64,000 nt of DNA, taken from positions 23,511-87,510 of the IMG/VR virus record IMGVR_UViG_2706796742_000001. One strand, written 5' to 3'. The notes under the pieces are model-generated. The model was not told the origin of the DNA and did not search any database. It saw only the letters and a program-made list of their open reading frames with translations. The stretch's first letter is position 1; every line of letters begins with the position of its first letter. The position numbers and the translations under genes were made by a program. Source of the stretch: a virus. Lineage: Duplodnaviria > Heunggongvirae > Uroviricota > Caudoviricetes. Below, one piece after another: positions 50,643 through 60,629 of the stretch.

Positions 50643-52877
50643 ATGATTAAGACAATTAAAAAATCAAACGGTACAGTAGTAAGCTTTGACCCAGAAAGAC
50701 TGAATAAGTGGGCATCATGGGCAGACAAGCGTGGAATTATCTGGTCAGAAGTCACTATGGAAGCTATGAAACGTGTCTATGAGGGTTGCACTACAAAAGA
50801 GATGCACCAAGCCATGATTGATGTTTGTGTTGATAAACAAACTCAAGAGTACTCAGACATGGCTGGACGACTACTTCTGGGTATTATCTACAAAGAAGCC
50901 TTTGGAGGCTTTACTAAGGTTCCTACGCTGGTTACCTTCGTTAAAAATATGGAGAGAGCAGGGCTTTGGGAGAAGATGGACTATTCTCAGGAAGAGCTTG
51001 AATACCTGCAAGGTTATATTGTGCACTCAAAAGATATCTCTTATGGTTATGCAGTCCTGAAACAGTTCAGAGACAAGTATGGTATCCGTGATATTAAAAC
51101 TGGAAGACTTTTTGAGTCACCACAATTTATGTTTATGGGTATGGCTATGAAAGCCTTCGAGAAGCAACCAAAGCACCGTAGACTGCAAGATGTTATCAAG
51201 CTGTACACTTACCTATCTGACCTGAAGATTAATGCTCCTACGCCTTATCTGAATGGTTTAAGAGCTACTAAATCAGGTTATGCGTCATGCTGTTTGATTA
51301 AGGCAAATGATACTGCTGAATCTCTAGGTATTGCCGCAAAGGTTGCCTATGACATGACCACAAAGCAAGCTGGTATTGGTATGCTGATGGAGACTCGCAC
51401 CATTGGTGATGGTATCCGGCAAAACACTATTGAGCACATGGGTAAACTACCTTATTACAAGCTTGTACGTTCATCTGTAGAGGCAAACAAACAGAAGAGC
51501 CGTGGTGGTTCAGCTAACAACTTCTACACTGCTCTAGACCCGCAGATTGAAGATTTACTGCGTTTGAAGCACCCTACAACGGTTCCTTCGAAACGTATTA
51601 ATGAGATGGACTACTCATTCGGCACAAATGATTATTTCTGGCAGTGTGTTCAATATGATACCGATTGGTTGCTATTCTCTTACAAGGATGCACCAAAACT
51701 CTATGACATGTTCTACACAGCATCTGCTGATGAGTTTGCTATGGCAGTTGGTCACGCAGTCCATTCAGGTGTTAAGCACAGACGAGTAAAGGCTCGTGAA
51801 ATTGCTAAACTGTTTATCCAACAGCGTTATGCAACAGGCCGTGTGTACCCATTCTTCACGAATAATGCAAACACACATACACCATTTAAAGAACCTTTAA
51901 AGATGTCAAATCTTTGTATGGAAATTGTGTTGCCAGTGTATGGATTTGAGAAGGAGACAGACCTTTACAGAGATGATGCTGTGAAAGAGGATGGTGAGGT
52001 AGCTCTTTGCTTCCTAGCTAGTTTGGTTGCAGGGAGAATTTCAGAAGATGAATACGCTGACGTTGCTTATTATGCTCTTGCAATGGTTGACTCCGTTATC
52101 GACCTTATGGATTATCCGTATCCGTCGATGCGCAACCATGTTCAGAAGCGTCGTTCTGTTGGGATTGGCCTTACAAATGTGGCTCATTACCTTGCGAAAA
52201 ACTACGTGAACTACTCTTCAAGAGCAGGTAAGACAAAGCTTCATGAGCTTGCTGAAATGCACTCTTACTACTTACACGAAGCTTCTTTAAGACTTGCTAA
52301 AGAACGTGGTGTGCCTGAGTATATGCAGTTCACTAAGTATCCTGAAGGTTGGGTTCCTCCGAAAACAGCTAACAGGAAGATTGATGAGAAGCATGATGCA
52401 AAACTTCGTTATGATTGGGATGACTTAGCACAACGTATTAAAGAAAATGGTGGAATCCGTAACTCTGTATTAGAAGCTTACATGCCTAATGAGAGTTCTT
52501 CACTGGCAACTAATACGACAAATGGCTTGTATCCAATTCGTGACTTTATTCTAACTAAAAAGTCTGCAACTGGTAACGTACTGTTTATTGTTCCAGATTA
52601 CGAAGAGTTGAAGTATGTCTATGAAATTGCTTGGGATATTGACACCTTTGACCTGATTGATTGTTATGCAATTGTTCAAAAGTTCACTGGTCAAGCTATC
52701 TCTTCAGATTTCTATGTTGACTACGCAAAGTCTAAGAAGGTATCATTGGCTCAAGCTTTGAAGTACATGATTTATGCCAACTCAGTAGGTATGAAAACCA
52801 TGTACTACCTTAACAGTCGCATTGGTGTAGGTAAATCTGCACTGCAAGATGCTTATTGCGAGGGTTGTGGTGTTTAG
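50643..52877 (+). CDS. nrdA: ribonucleotide reductase class Ia large subunit
   Basis: N-terminal ATP-cone-like region; active-site NLCMEIVLP; 744 aa. Confidence 0.85.
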   Translation: MIKTIKKSNGTVVSFDPERLNKWASWADKRGIIWSEVTMEAMKRVYEGCTTKEMHQAMIDVCVDKQTQEYSDMAGRLLLGIIYKEAFGGFTKVPTLVTFVKNMERAGLWEKMDYSQEELEYLQGYIVHSKDISYGYAVLKQFRDKYGIRDIKTGRLFESPQFMFMGMAMKAFEKQPKHRRLQDVIKLYTYLSDLKINAPTPYLNGLRATKSGYASCCLIKANDTAESLGIAAKVAYDMTTKQAGIGMLMETRTIGDGIRQNTIEHMGKLPYYKLVRSSVEANKQKSRGGSANNFYTALDPQIEDLLRLKHPTTVPSKRINEMDYSFGTNDYFWQCVQYDTDWLLFSYKDAPKLYDMFYTASADEFAMAVGHAVHSGVKHRRVKAREIAKLFIQQRYATGRVYPFFTNNANTHTPFKEPLKMSNLCMEIVLPVYGFEKETDLYRDDAVKEDGEVALCFLASLVAGRISEDEYADVAYYALAMVDSVIDLMDYPYPSMRNHVQKRRSVGIGLTNVAHYLAKNYVNYSSRAGKTKLHELAEMHSYYLHEASLRLAKERGVPEYMQFTKYPEGWVPPKTANRKIDEKHDAKLRYDWDDLAQRIKENGGIRNSVLEAYMPNESSSLATNTTNGLYPIRDFILTKKSATGNVLFIVPDYEELKYVYEIAWDIDTFDLIDCYAIVQKFTGQAISSDFYVDYAKSKKVSLAQALKYMIYANSVGMKTMYYLNSRIGVGKSALQDAYCEGCGV

Positions 52878-52932
52878 TTTTAATAACTATGAGGGTCGTA
52901 AAAGACCCTCTAAAATTAACTTTGGAGAAACT

Positions 52933-53190
52933 ATGAAAGACTTAATAGCAAATCACGAGTGGCCCATATACTTGCTCCACAAACCTCGGAAAACGATGTA
53001 CTATGTGAGTAGCACAGACATGATGATAAAACAAAATGATGACTCATGGGTTGCTGGTGTCTCTTACATCTCTACAGCAGATGGTAAAATCTACGCAAGA
53101 CCTTATGAGATGTTCAATGAAGAAAATTGGGAAGTTTTAGACAGAAAACAAGCCTTAGAGATGATAAAGAAAGGAGAAATCACACTATGA
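52933..53190 (+). CDS. hypothetical small protein between nrdA and nrdB
   Basis: track ORF 52849..53190 overlaps nrdA; internal ATG at 52933 with GGAGAAA RBS preferred. Confidence 0.4.
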   Translation: MKDLIANHEWPIYLLHKPRKTMYYVSSTDMMIKQNDDSWVAGVSYISTADGKIYARPYEMFNEENWEVLDRKQALEMIKKGEITL

Positions 53191-54260
53191 TTAACCAACA
53201 CCCAATCTTTTTAGGTGGTGAGAGAAAGACCTTCGACTCACTTAATAAACACTACCCAAAAATCTTTGAGCTATATAAACAACAAAAAGCACAAGACTGG
53301 TCAGAAGATGAGTTCCCTTTTGAACAATCACGTCTTGATTTTGAGAGTGTACCAGCATCAATGTCAGGTGTAATGCTTGAGATTCTTAAGTGGCAGTGGG
53401 AAGCAGATACCCAAGTTGCTAAGAGCTTGGCATTTGCCTTTGCACCATTTATCTCTGATGACATCTATGCAACTGCAATCATGAAGCAGTCTGAGATTGA
53501 AAACCTACATGCTCTTACTTACTCAGAGATTGTAAGGCAATGTATTAAAAACCCTGAAACAATCTTAGATGAGATTAACCAGAATGTTGCTGTACAAGAC
53601 CGATTAAAAACTGTGAATCGTGTTCTTGAAGAATTACTGGATGAAGGTATAAACTATCGCCTGAGTTATGTCCGTGATTCACTTCTGGACAAAGACCCTT
53701 TACACTTCCATAAAGTGATTCTAAAAGGCCTATTTGCAGTGACTGCACTTGAAGGTATTTCTTTTATGGCATCCTTTGCATGTACTTTTGCACTTGATGC
53801 TCAAGATAAATTTCAAGGTATTGCTCAAGCTGTACAGAAAATTATGCTTGACGAAATCCTTCACACTAAAATTGATATTGAAGTTTTAAAAGAAACTTTA
53901 AGAGATGATGAGTGGCAAAAAGCTTTCCAACAAATTCTTCCAGAGATTAAAGTAATCTTAGATGAAGTAGTTGAAAGCGAAGAAAAATGGTCGTATTATA
54001 TCTTCTCCGAAGGACGTGCTGTAGTTGGGTTAAATACAAAACTTCTTCATGAGTGGGTTTACTATAATGCTGCCCCACTGTATGATATGTTTGGCATTCC
54101 CAGAGATTTTGTAGCTCCTAAAGAACCACCTTTGAAGTATATGATTAAGAAGATGGAAATTGATAAAGAGCAGAATGCTAATCAGGAGCAACAGAACGGT
54201 GCGTATCTGTTGAATACTGTTGTAGATGATTTGAATAGTGGATTTTTAGAGGTTCCTTAA
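53188..54260 (+). CDS. nrdB: ribonucleotide reductase class Ia small subunit
   Basis: ferritin-like iron-ligand pattern (EILKWQWEAD, ENLHALTYSEI, ALEGISFMASF, DEILHTK); ATG 53188 with AAAGGAGAAA RBS preferred over track start 53127. Confidence 0.8.
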
Positions 54261-54502
54261 TGACTTATGTAATTTACTCCAAAACTGGATGCCCTCAGTG
54301 TGAGACTGCAAAGAATTTTGCAAAAGCTCGTGGTATTGACCATGTTGTGAGAATGTTAGGGCAGGACTATGAGCTATCGGAGCTAATGGACATTGCACAG
54401 ATGCCAGTTCGTCAGATGCCATTCATCATGAAAACTGATGGACAAAACCTAAAACCTGTTGGGACGCTACAGAATTTTATGGCAGAGGTGAATAATGCTT
54501 AA
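54260..54502 (+). CDS. nrdH: glutaredoxin-like protein NrdH
   Basis: 80 aa with CPQC redox motif; directly after nrdB. Confidence 0.6.
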   Translation: MTYVIYSKTGCPQCETAKNFAKARGIDHVVRMLGQDYELSELMDIAQMPVRQMPFIMKTDGQNLKPVGTLQNFMAEVNNA

Positions 54503-54701
54503 ACGCCTTTGGGAAGGTTTGGTTATTGATGCACCAGTTATTGTAATTGGTATGCTTATCGCTAACCTATTTACTGACCTTAAACAAGGTTTGTTGTTTG
54601 GAGTCATGTTACTATGGGTTATATTTGAAATCCTAGAGATACATCTGGGCATCACTGAAAAACTAAGAGAACTCTTTTCAAAGTTTTCTAAAAAGATTTA
54701 A
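54495..54701 (+). CDS. small hydrophobic protein
   Basis: 68-aa ORF with hydrophobic segments. Confidence 0.3.
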   Translation: MLKRLWEGLVIDAPVIVIGMLIANLFTDLKQGLLFGVMLLWVIFEILEIHLGITEKLRELFSKFSKKI

Positions 54702-54707
54702 AATGAA

Positions 54708-54731
54708 AGGGTCTCTTCGGAGACCTTTTTA
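54708..54731 (+). terminator. intrinsic terminator with TTCG tetraloop
   Basis: GGGTCTC-TTCG-GAGACC followed by TTTTT. Confidence 0.55.
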
Positions 54732-54749
54732 GCATGTAAAGGGGCAATA

Positions 54750-55946
54750 ATGAACAAAGTACAAATTATTAAAAAGAATGGCTCACTTGAAGAACCGGAT
54801 ATCAAAAAAGTTTTAGCAGCAGTCACAAAGTCGGCTAACAGGGTTGGGTATAAAGAACTCCCACCAGATGTTACCCAAGCTCTTGAGTCAGCATTTATGA
54901 GGATTCTGGTAAAGTCCACTAAGCAGAATAATTTACTCGTTTCAGTAAATGATATCCACAGTATCGTTGAAGGTGCTTTGGCAGAAGTAAATCACGAGAT
55001 TTATGAGTCTTACTCAACATACAGAAATTACCGTAAAGAGGTTGCTCAAAATTGGGATGAACTTTACCAAAAGACTAAAGACACACTCTTCTTAGGTGAC
55101 CGTGAAAACGCTAACTTTGACAGTAGTTTAATTTCTACAAAAGGCTCAATTATTCGTGGTTACCTGACTAAAGAAATCTTTAAACAGTACCATTTAACAC
55201 CAGAGGAACTTGAAGCCATTGAAAAAGGGTTTATCTACATCCATGACTTAAGAGACCTAATTTTTGGTGGGATTAACTGTTGCCTGTTTGACATTGGTAA
55301 AGTACTGAAAGGTGGCTTTGAAATGTCTGGCATCGAATACTGTGAACCAAAATCTGTACTGTCAGCCTTACAAGTTATTGGTGATGTAGTGCTTTCAGCA
55401 ACTGCACAGCAATTTGGTGGTTTTACTTTAGCAGAGATTGATAAGGTGCTTGTACCGTATGCTAAGAAGTCTCTACGCTATCATGCTGAGAAAGCAGCAT
55501 CTTACGGTATTCCTAAAGAACATTACCATAATTATGTCATGGAGCAGCTACAGCTTGAATTAACACAGGGTTTCCAGTCACTAGAGATGAAGCTAAACAC
55601 TGTACCTTGTAGCCGTGGTGATTTTGCATTCACAACTTTAACATTTGGTTTACTTGACTCAGACATGTCTAATGAAGACAACCGACTACAATACATGATT
55701 GCAAACACCATTCTTGATGTTCGCATGAATGGACAAGGTAAGAGCAAGAAGCCTGTTGTATTCCCTAAACTGGTTTATATTCATGACCAGAAGAGACACG
55801 ATGAGAATATCTGTCAAGGTCAACTGTACAGTAAAGCTATTGAGTGTTGCTCTAAAGCAATGTATCCAGACTTCTTAAGCGTATCTGGTCATGGTGCTGT
55901 AGCAGAAGCTTTTGAGCGTTCTGGCAAGGTAATTTCACCGATGGGT
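54750..55946 (+). CDS. nrdD: anaerobic ribonucleotide reductase NrdD, exon 1
   Basis: 399 codons ending ...KVISPMG; frame is closed by a stop that is the first codon of the intron; joined to exon 2 gives ~714 aa. Confidence 0.75.
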
Positions 55947-56688
55947 TAACAAGCTCTATAGCTCATCTAAAACGTGCCTAAACAGGGAAACTCTACAGGT
56001 GTAGACAATCCTGTGCTAAATGATGTACGATGTAAGAAACTATATAAAATAGGAGTATTACATGCCAAATTATCATGTTACTGAGGACGGAAGAGTCTTT
56101 AGGAAAAATGGTGTAGAACTTACGCAGTGGAAATCCAACACTGGTTATATGAAAGTAAGGTTTTATGGAAGGAAGAATCGTGACATGTATGTCCATAGGT
56201 TAGTTGCTGAAAAGTATGTACCTAACCCTAACAATCTTCCAATTGTAAAACACAAAGATGATAACAAACTGAACAACCATGCTTCTAACTTAGAATGGGG
56301 AACTCATTCTGAGAATGTTAAAGAAGGCTATGAGAATGGTTGCTACAAGTTTTGTAAGCGTTCATATGCTGTGAAGGCTACACATAAAGTGACAAAAGAA
56401 GTTATTGTTGCTAAGTCAATACGAGAGTTATCTAATGTACTTGGGTATAATCGCAAGACTATCTCTTCAATATTGAAGGGTGTAAAAGAGTATAATAACT
56501 TTGAACATGATTTTGAGTACATTTAAATGCCGAACGACTAACCGTGATGAATGTAGCGGTGTAGGGTCAAGCGACTCGAAATGGTACGCTACTTAGAAAT
56601 AAGTAGAAGATATAGTCTGGACTTACTGGTGACAGTAAGCAGCTTGAATAAAGCGGGGTAAGCGTAGCGAACTTACCTGAACAACAAG
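55947..56688 (+). mobile_element. group I intron interrupting nrdD, carrying an HNH endonuclease ORF
   Basis: exon 1 ends in T, intron ends in G; intron GCTCAT (~55960) can pair with exon end ATGGGT as P1 with terminal U-G; CTAAACAGGGAAACTCTACAGGTGTAGACAATCCTGTGCTAAAT resembles the T4 td intron core as remembered; exon joining restores ...SPMG|CRAFLSPYHNEDGEEFYVGRANIGAVSLNLP. Confidence 0.75.
56062..56526 (+). CDS. intron-encoded HNH homing endonuclease
   Basis: HRLVAEKYVPNPNNLPIVKHKDDNKLNNHASNLEWGTHSEN is an HNH motif; AGGAG RBS; lies wholly inside the intron. Confidence 0.7.
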   Translation: MPNYHVTEDGRVFRKNGVELTQWKSNTGYMKVRFYGRKNRDMYVHRLVAEKYVPNPNNLPIVKHKDDNKLNNHASNLEWGTHSENVKEGYENGCYKFCKRSYAVKATHKVTKEVIVAKSIRELSNVLGYNRKTISSILKGVKEYNNFEHDFEYI

Positions 56689-57636
56689 TGTAGAGCGTTT
56701 TTATCACCATATCATAACGAAGATGGTGAAGAGTTTTATGTAGGTCGTGCTAACATTGGTGCTGTATCTTTGAACTTACCAATGATTTATCAGTATTCTA
56801 AAGAGAATGGTTTGGATTTCTGGAAAGAACTTGATAAGTACCTAGAGATGATTCGCAGCTTCCACAAGAAACGCTACGAAATGATTGCTAATATGCCAGC
56901 AAGTTCTAACCCTCTTGCATTCACACAAGGTGGTCTGTACAAAGGGACTAAGAAACCTACTGACAAGGTTGGTTGGGATATCGTGAAGTCTTTCACAGCT
57001 TCTTTTGGGGTTACTGCACTTGATGAGTTATCTGTTCTTGCTGAGGGTAAACGACTTCATGAAGTTGGAAGCTGCAGTTTTGCATACGATGTTCTGGCAT
57101 ACATTAACATGAAAACTGAAGAGTTTAAGAACGAAGATGGTTTCTTGTATGCGGTATATGGCACTCCAGCAGAGTCATTGTGTGGAACTCAGCTAAAACA
57201 GTTCAGAGATATGTTTGGCGTTATCAAAGGTGTTTCTGATAAGGAATATTTTACAAACAGTTTCCATATGAATGTTGCAGCAGATATCTCACCATTTGAG
57301 AAGCAGGACTTAGAAGAACCATTCTTCCATATCTGTAGAGGTGGCAGAATCCAGTATGTAAGGGTAGCTAACCCAGAAAACTTACCAGCACTTAAAAGTT
57401 GTATTACAAGAGGTATGTTGAAGGGTTTTTATCAGGGACTCAACTTTGACTTAGCAATCTGTGAACATTGTGGTAACAGGCCAAAGGCTGATGTTGAAGA
57501 GTGTGAGGTTTGCCATTCACATGACATCTCTGTGATTAACAGGGTGTGCGGGTATCTGGGATGGACTAAGATTAAAGGTGAATCCCGAATGAATGATGCA
57601 AAAATTGCTGAGATTCGTGATAGAGTCTCTATGTAA
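56689..57636 (+). CDS. nrdD: anaerobic ribonucleotide reductase NrdD, exon 2
   Basis: C-terminal glycyl-radical region RVCGYLG and CxxC pairs; track ORF 56770 starts at an internal TTG. Confidence 0.75.
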   Translation, partial: CRAFLSPYHNEDGEEFYVGRANIGAVSLNLPMIYQYSKENGLDFWKELDKYLEMIRSFHKKRYEMIANMPASSNPLAFTQGGLYKGTKKPTDKVGWDIVKSFTASFGVTALDELSVLAEGKRLHEVGSCSFAYDVLAYINMKTEEFKNEDGFLYAVYGTPAESLCGTQLKQFRDMFGVIKGVSDKEYFTNSFHMNVAADISPFEKQDLEEPFFHICRGGRIQYVRVANPENLPALKSCITRGMLKGFYQGLNFDLAICEHCGNRPKADVEECEVCHSHDISVINRVCGYLGWTKIKGESRMNDAKIAEIRDRVSM

Positions 57637-57789
57637 AACTTGACGAGGTGATGTGAGTCTTGATAGGCTTACATCACTTTTTTATTGGATGTTAGACATG
57701 GCAGAGAGTATTATTGGGTTGTTCATAGGTTCTGTCTTACTAGGGTTCTTTTTAGGACTTTCTTATTGTGAATTGAGAGATAAGTTAAA

Positions 57790-57990
57790 ATGTTTAAAAT
57801 ATCAAAAACGTTGATATACATACTCCGCATTCTAATCTTCTTCTTTGGGGTTAGTGTTATGGTATGGGGTTTTTCAGACCCACAATGGAGTTTATCATAT
57901 CATGGACAAATGGATTTATGGTCATGCTTCAAACCATTTTTAGGGTTAGCTATAGCATTCAGTGCATTACCAACTAGGGTGAAATTATGA
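57790..57990 (+). CDS. small membrane protein
   Basis: 66-aa hydrophobic ORF. Confidence 0.3.
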   Translation: MFKISKTLIYILRILIFFFGVSVMVWGFSDPQWSLSYHGQMDLWSCFKPFLGLAIAFSALPTRVKL

Positions 57991-58382
57991 TTAAGTTGAA
58001 CCAAAAACAGTTAGAGTGGGTTAAAGACTACGCCTCAGAGTGTGGCTCTTGCGAAAAGAATCACGTAAAATACTCAACATTCCATACAGTCTTCACATTG
58101 TACATCAGCGACAATGTTCTAAGTGATTCCGTGGAAGACGGTGTAGCGTTACCTAATGAGTTACTTGATAAACTAGCTGTAGTCACTGGAACTTGGTCTG
58201 AAGAAGACGGTCATGAATTATCTGATGATGTTGTCTTCTACACTCTTGAAAACATCATGAATCCAGAGTACATTATTCTAATGACTTGTGCACAAGACTG
58301 TGTGCCATTACAAAACTTCATTAAAGAACACTGTGAAGAATTTATTACTAAACAGGTTCCTTGTCAGGTAGTGTTTGAATAA
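57987..58382 (+). CDS. hypothetical Cys-containing acidic protein
   Basis: 131-aa ORF. Confidence 0.4.
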   Translation: MIKLNQKQLEWVKDYASECGSCEKNHVKYSTFHTVFTLYISDNVLSDSVEDGVALPNELLDKLAVVTGTWSEEDGHELSDDVVFYTLENIMNPEYIILMTCAQDCVPLQNFIKEHCEEFITKQVPCQVVFE

Positions 58383-58417
58383 GTAAAGCAATTAAATAAT
58401 ATTGGTGAGGTAACTAG

Positions 58418-58903
58418 ATGAATTACATGGAGATTCGACCATTTGACACAGCTAATGGTGAAGGGGTTCGTGTAAGCCTCTTCGTAGCTGGCTGTAAACA
58501 TCACTGTGAAGGCTGCTTTAACAGGGAGTCTTGGAAGTTTAATGCTGGTAAAGAGTTTACTTATGCAAACCTCTACGGCATCATTAAGTTAATGGATGAT
58601 AATGCTATCAGTGGGCTGTCAATACTTGGTGGGGAACCTCTGGATGACAGAAACATTCAAGAGGTCACCAACATATGCAAGCGTATTAAAACTGTTTATC
58701 CAGAAAAGTCTATATGGCTTTGGACAGGTTTTCAACTACACGAAAAAATCCACTTAGATGTTATGAAATATGTTGACGTGGTGATTGATGGTAAGTATGA
58801 TTCTTCTAAACCAACAGTTAAACCATATCGTGGTTCTGATAACCAAAACCTCTGGAGAAAAGAGTATGGATGGCAAGGCGATTGTCAATGGCGAGCAGAG
58901 TAA
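58418..58903 (+). CDS. nrdG: anaerobic ribonucleotide reductase activating protein (radical SAM)
   Basis: CKHHCEGC is a CxxxCxxC radical-SAM cluster motif; 161 aa; near nrdD. Confidence 0.75.
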   Translation: MNYMEIRPFDTANGEGVRVSLFVAGCKHHCEGCFNRESWKFNAGKEFTYANLYGIIKLMDDNAISGLSILGGEPLDDRNIQEVTNICKRIKTVYPEKSIWLWTGFQLHEKIHLDVMKYVDVVIDGKYDSSKPTVKPYRGSDNQNLWRKEYGWQGDCQWRAE

Positions 58904-59243
58904 ATCTCGTCGTAAAATTGGCTACGGGAAAGGTGAGATAATGATTATCTCTTTTAATAGTGCTTTATTAGGTACTTATAAGGTCAAGACCGAACTCCTT
59001 GATGAGTGGAAAAAGTATACAAACTCACTGTTCGGTAATGTTGGAATGGAAGCTTTAGCAGAGATTGAGAAGGCGGGAACATTCGAAGTTGTTGGTAAAG
59101 GCCACTTTACAATGTTCTACAGAACAAACCTAAACGTTGGTGACAGTATTGTTGGTGTTACTGAAGAAGAACTTAAAACATTTTGTGAAAAGATTGAGAG
59201 AGATACGAAATGGGAATCTGGAACAGTTTTAAATCAAAAATAA
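58866..59243 (+). CDS. hypothetical protein
   Basis: track ORF 58785..59243; internal ATG at 58866 with GGAGA RBS preferred; overlaps nrdG 3' end. Confidence 0.4.
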   Translation: MDGKAIVNGEQSKSRRKIGYGKGEIMIISFNSALLGTYKVKTELLDEWKKYTNSLFGNVGMEALAEIEKAGTFEVVGKGHFTMFYRTNLNVGDSIVGVTEEELKTFCEKIERDTKWESGTVLNQK

Positions 59244-59467
59244 AAGCAGCACTGGCATCACTAGGTATGCTCACTGGTGTTGACGTTACTCATCTCATGC
59301 AGAACTTCAAGATGGATGAGAAACTAGCTAATGAGATTATGAAAAGCATCTATGTAGGTCGTGGAAAAGGTGGTAAAAAACAAGCACATCGACCAACTGG
59401 TGCAGCAGCAATTAAACGTGCAGCTAAAAAAGCTCGTAACCGTAAACGTAACAAGAAGGCTAAATAA
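59210..59467 (+). CDS. hypothetical protein with highly basic C-terminus
   Basis: 85 aa ending KRAAKKARNRKRNKKAK. Confidence 0.35.
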   Translation: MGIWNSFKSKIKAALASLGMLTGVDVTHLMQNFKMDEKLANEIMKSIYVGRGKGGKKQAHRPTGAAAIKRAAKKARNRKRNKKAK

Positions 59468-59469
59468 TC

Positions 59470-59790
59470 ATGAGCAAAGTTTATAACACTCGTAAATTAC
59501 AGATTTTCGTACTGTGCCAGTTTATGGCTAAAGAGTATAACTACTACTATTGTGGTACAGGATTCATTAGTGATAATGACGGCTCATATCTACCATTCAA
59601 AGAGGCTGTAAAACTCTTCAATGAAGAGAAAAGCTCTAAGAAAGATATTGAAAAGGTTAAGCTAACCTACAGCAAGAAAGATAAGAAGATTATCTGCCTA
59701 GATAACTTTGTGAAAGTTACTGGAGAAGCAAAAGAGTTTATGGATGAGAGTGAAATCTCATTCACAAGCATCTTGAAAGTAGCTCAGTAA
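59470..59790 (+). CDS. hypothetical protein
   Basis: 106-aa ORF. Confidence 0.4.
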   Translation: MSKVYNTRKLQIFVLCQFMAKEYNYYYCGTGFISDNDGSYLPFKEAVKLFNEEKSSKKDIEKVKLTYSKKDKKIICLDNFVKVTGEAKEFMDESEISFTSILKVAQ

Positions 59791-59802
59791 ACAGATACTA
59801 TA

Positions 59803-59830
59803 AGGGGACTGTAAAGGTTCCCTTTTTTAT
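59803..59830 (+). terminator. intrinsic terminator
   Basis: GGGGA ... TTCCC hairpin followed by TTTTTTATTTT. Confidence 0.5.
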
Positions 59831-59842
59831 TTTGGAGATAAT

Positions 59843-60358
59843 ATGTATCTGTCAAATCTGAAACGTTCGGTTGCAATGTCAGTTCTAAGACTCAGCTTTG
59901 AGGAACGTCAAGAGTTCATTGACACCCACCAATATGACCCTTCTAACTCTAATCACATGATTCTCTGGAATCGTGATAGTACTCGTGAAAGAGCACTATT
60001 CCGCTATTACCCACATTACACCATAGATAACCTGTATGAATGTTTTGTTGTAAAGAACACCATTACAGTACTCAATAAGCTTTGTAGATACACAGGTAAC
60101 CAGTCTTTCACACTAGGCCACCATAAACCTGTTACAAAAGGTGGTGAGCATCACTGTGCGAACTGGTTTATCCAAACTAAAACTGATAACCAGAAGCAAG
60201 GAGATAATCTTCTAAGCACTCCTAAGATGACCTATGAAGAGCAAGAGAAATATATCAAAAATAATATGCCAGATGTGCTTGACAACAACTATACAGATTT
60301 GGCAATATCTCTCCTGTTGAAGTTCGAGACAGTTTATAGGGCAACTTACAATGGCTAA
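59843..60358 (+). CDS. hypothetical protein with HNH-like motif
   Basis: LGHHKPVTKGGEHHCANWFIQTKTDNQKQGDN resembles an HNH core; 171 aa. Confidence 0.4.
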   Translation: MYLSNLKRSVAMSVLRLSFEERQEFIDTHQYDPSNSNHMILWNRDSTRERALFRYYPHYTIDNLYECFVVKNTITVLNKLCRYTGNQSFTLGHHKPVTKGGEHHCANWFIQTKTDNQKQGDNLLSTPKMTYEEQEKYIKNNMPDVLDNNYTDLAISLLLKFETVYRATYNG

Positions 60359-60629
60359 AGAGAAGTGGGAAATTTTACCATTAGTGAGTGAAGGTGGTAA
60401 CGGTTGTGAGATGTACATGATACGAGGTCATGTTCCAGAACCAATTGCACTTGAGATGGTAAACAATTTTACAGATGGTTCTTACAAAGACTTAGGAGAA
60501 CCAACTGTCAAGCAACAATGGGTTAAACCTGTACCAGACAGCACAGGTAACTGTAGTGTACTTTATCACGTTGTAGACCCTGCAAAATGCAAATCTGCAA
60601 TGGCAGTAACAAACGTAACTTTTGATTGA
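60351..60629 (+). CDS. hypothetical protein
   Basis: 92-aa ORF. Confidence 0.4.
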   Translation: MAKEKWEILPLVSEGGNGCEMYMIRGHVPEPIALEMVNNFTDGSYKDLGEPTVKQQWVKPVPDSTGNCSVLYHVVDPAKCKSAMAVTNVTFD

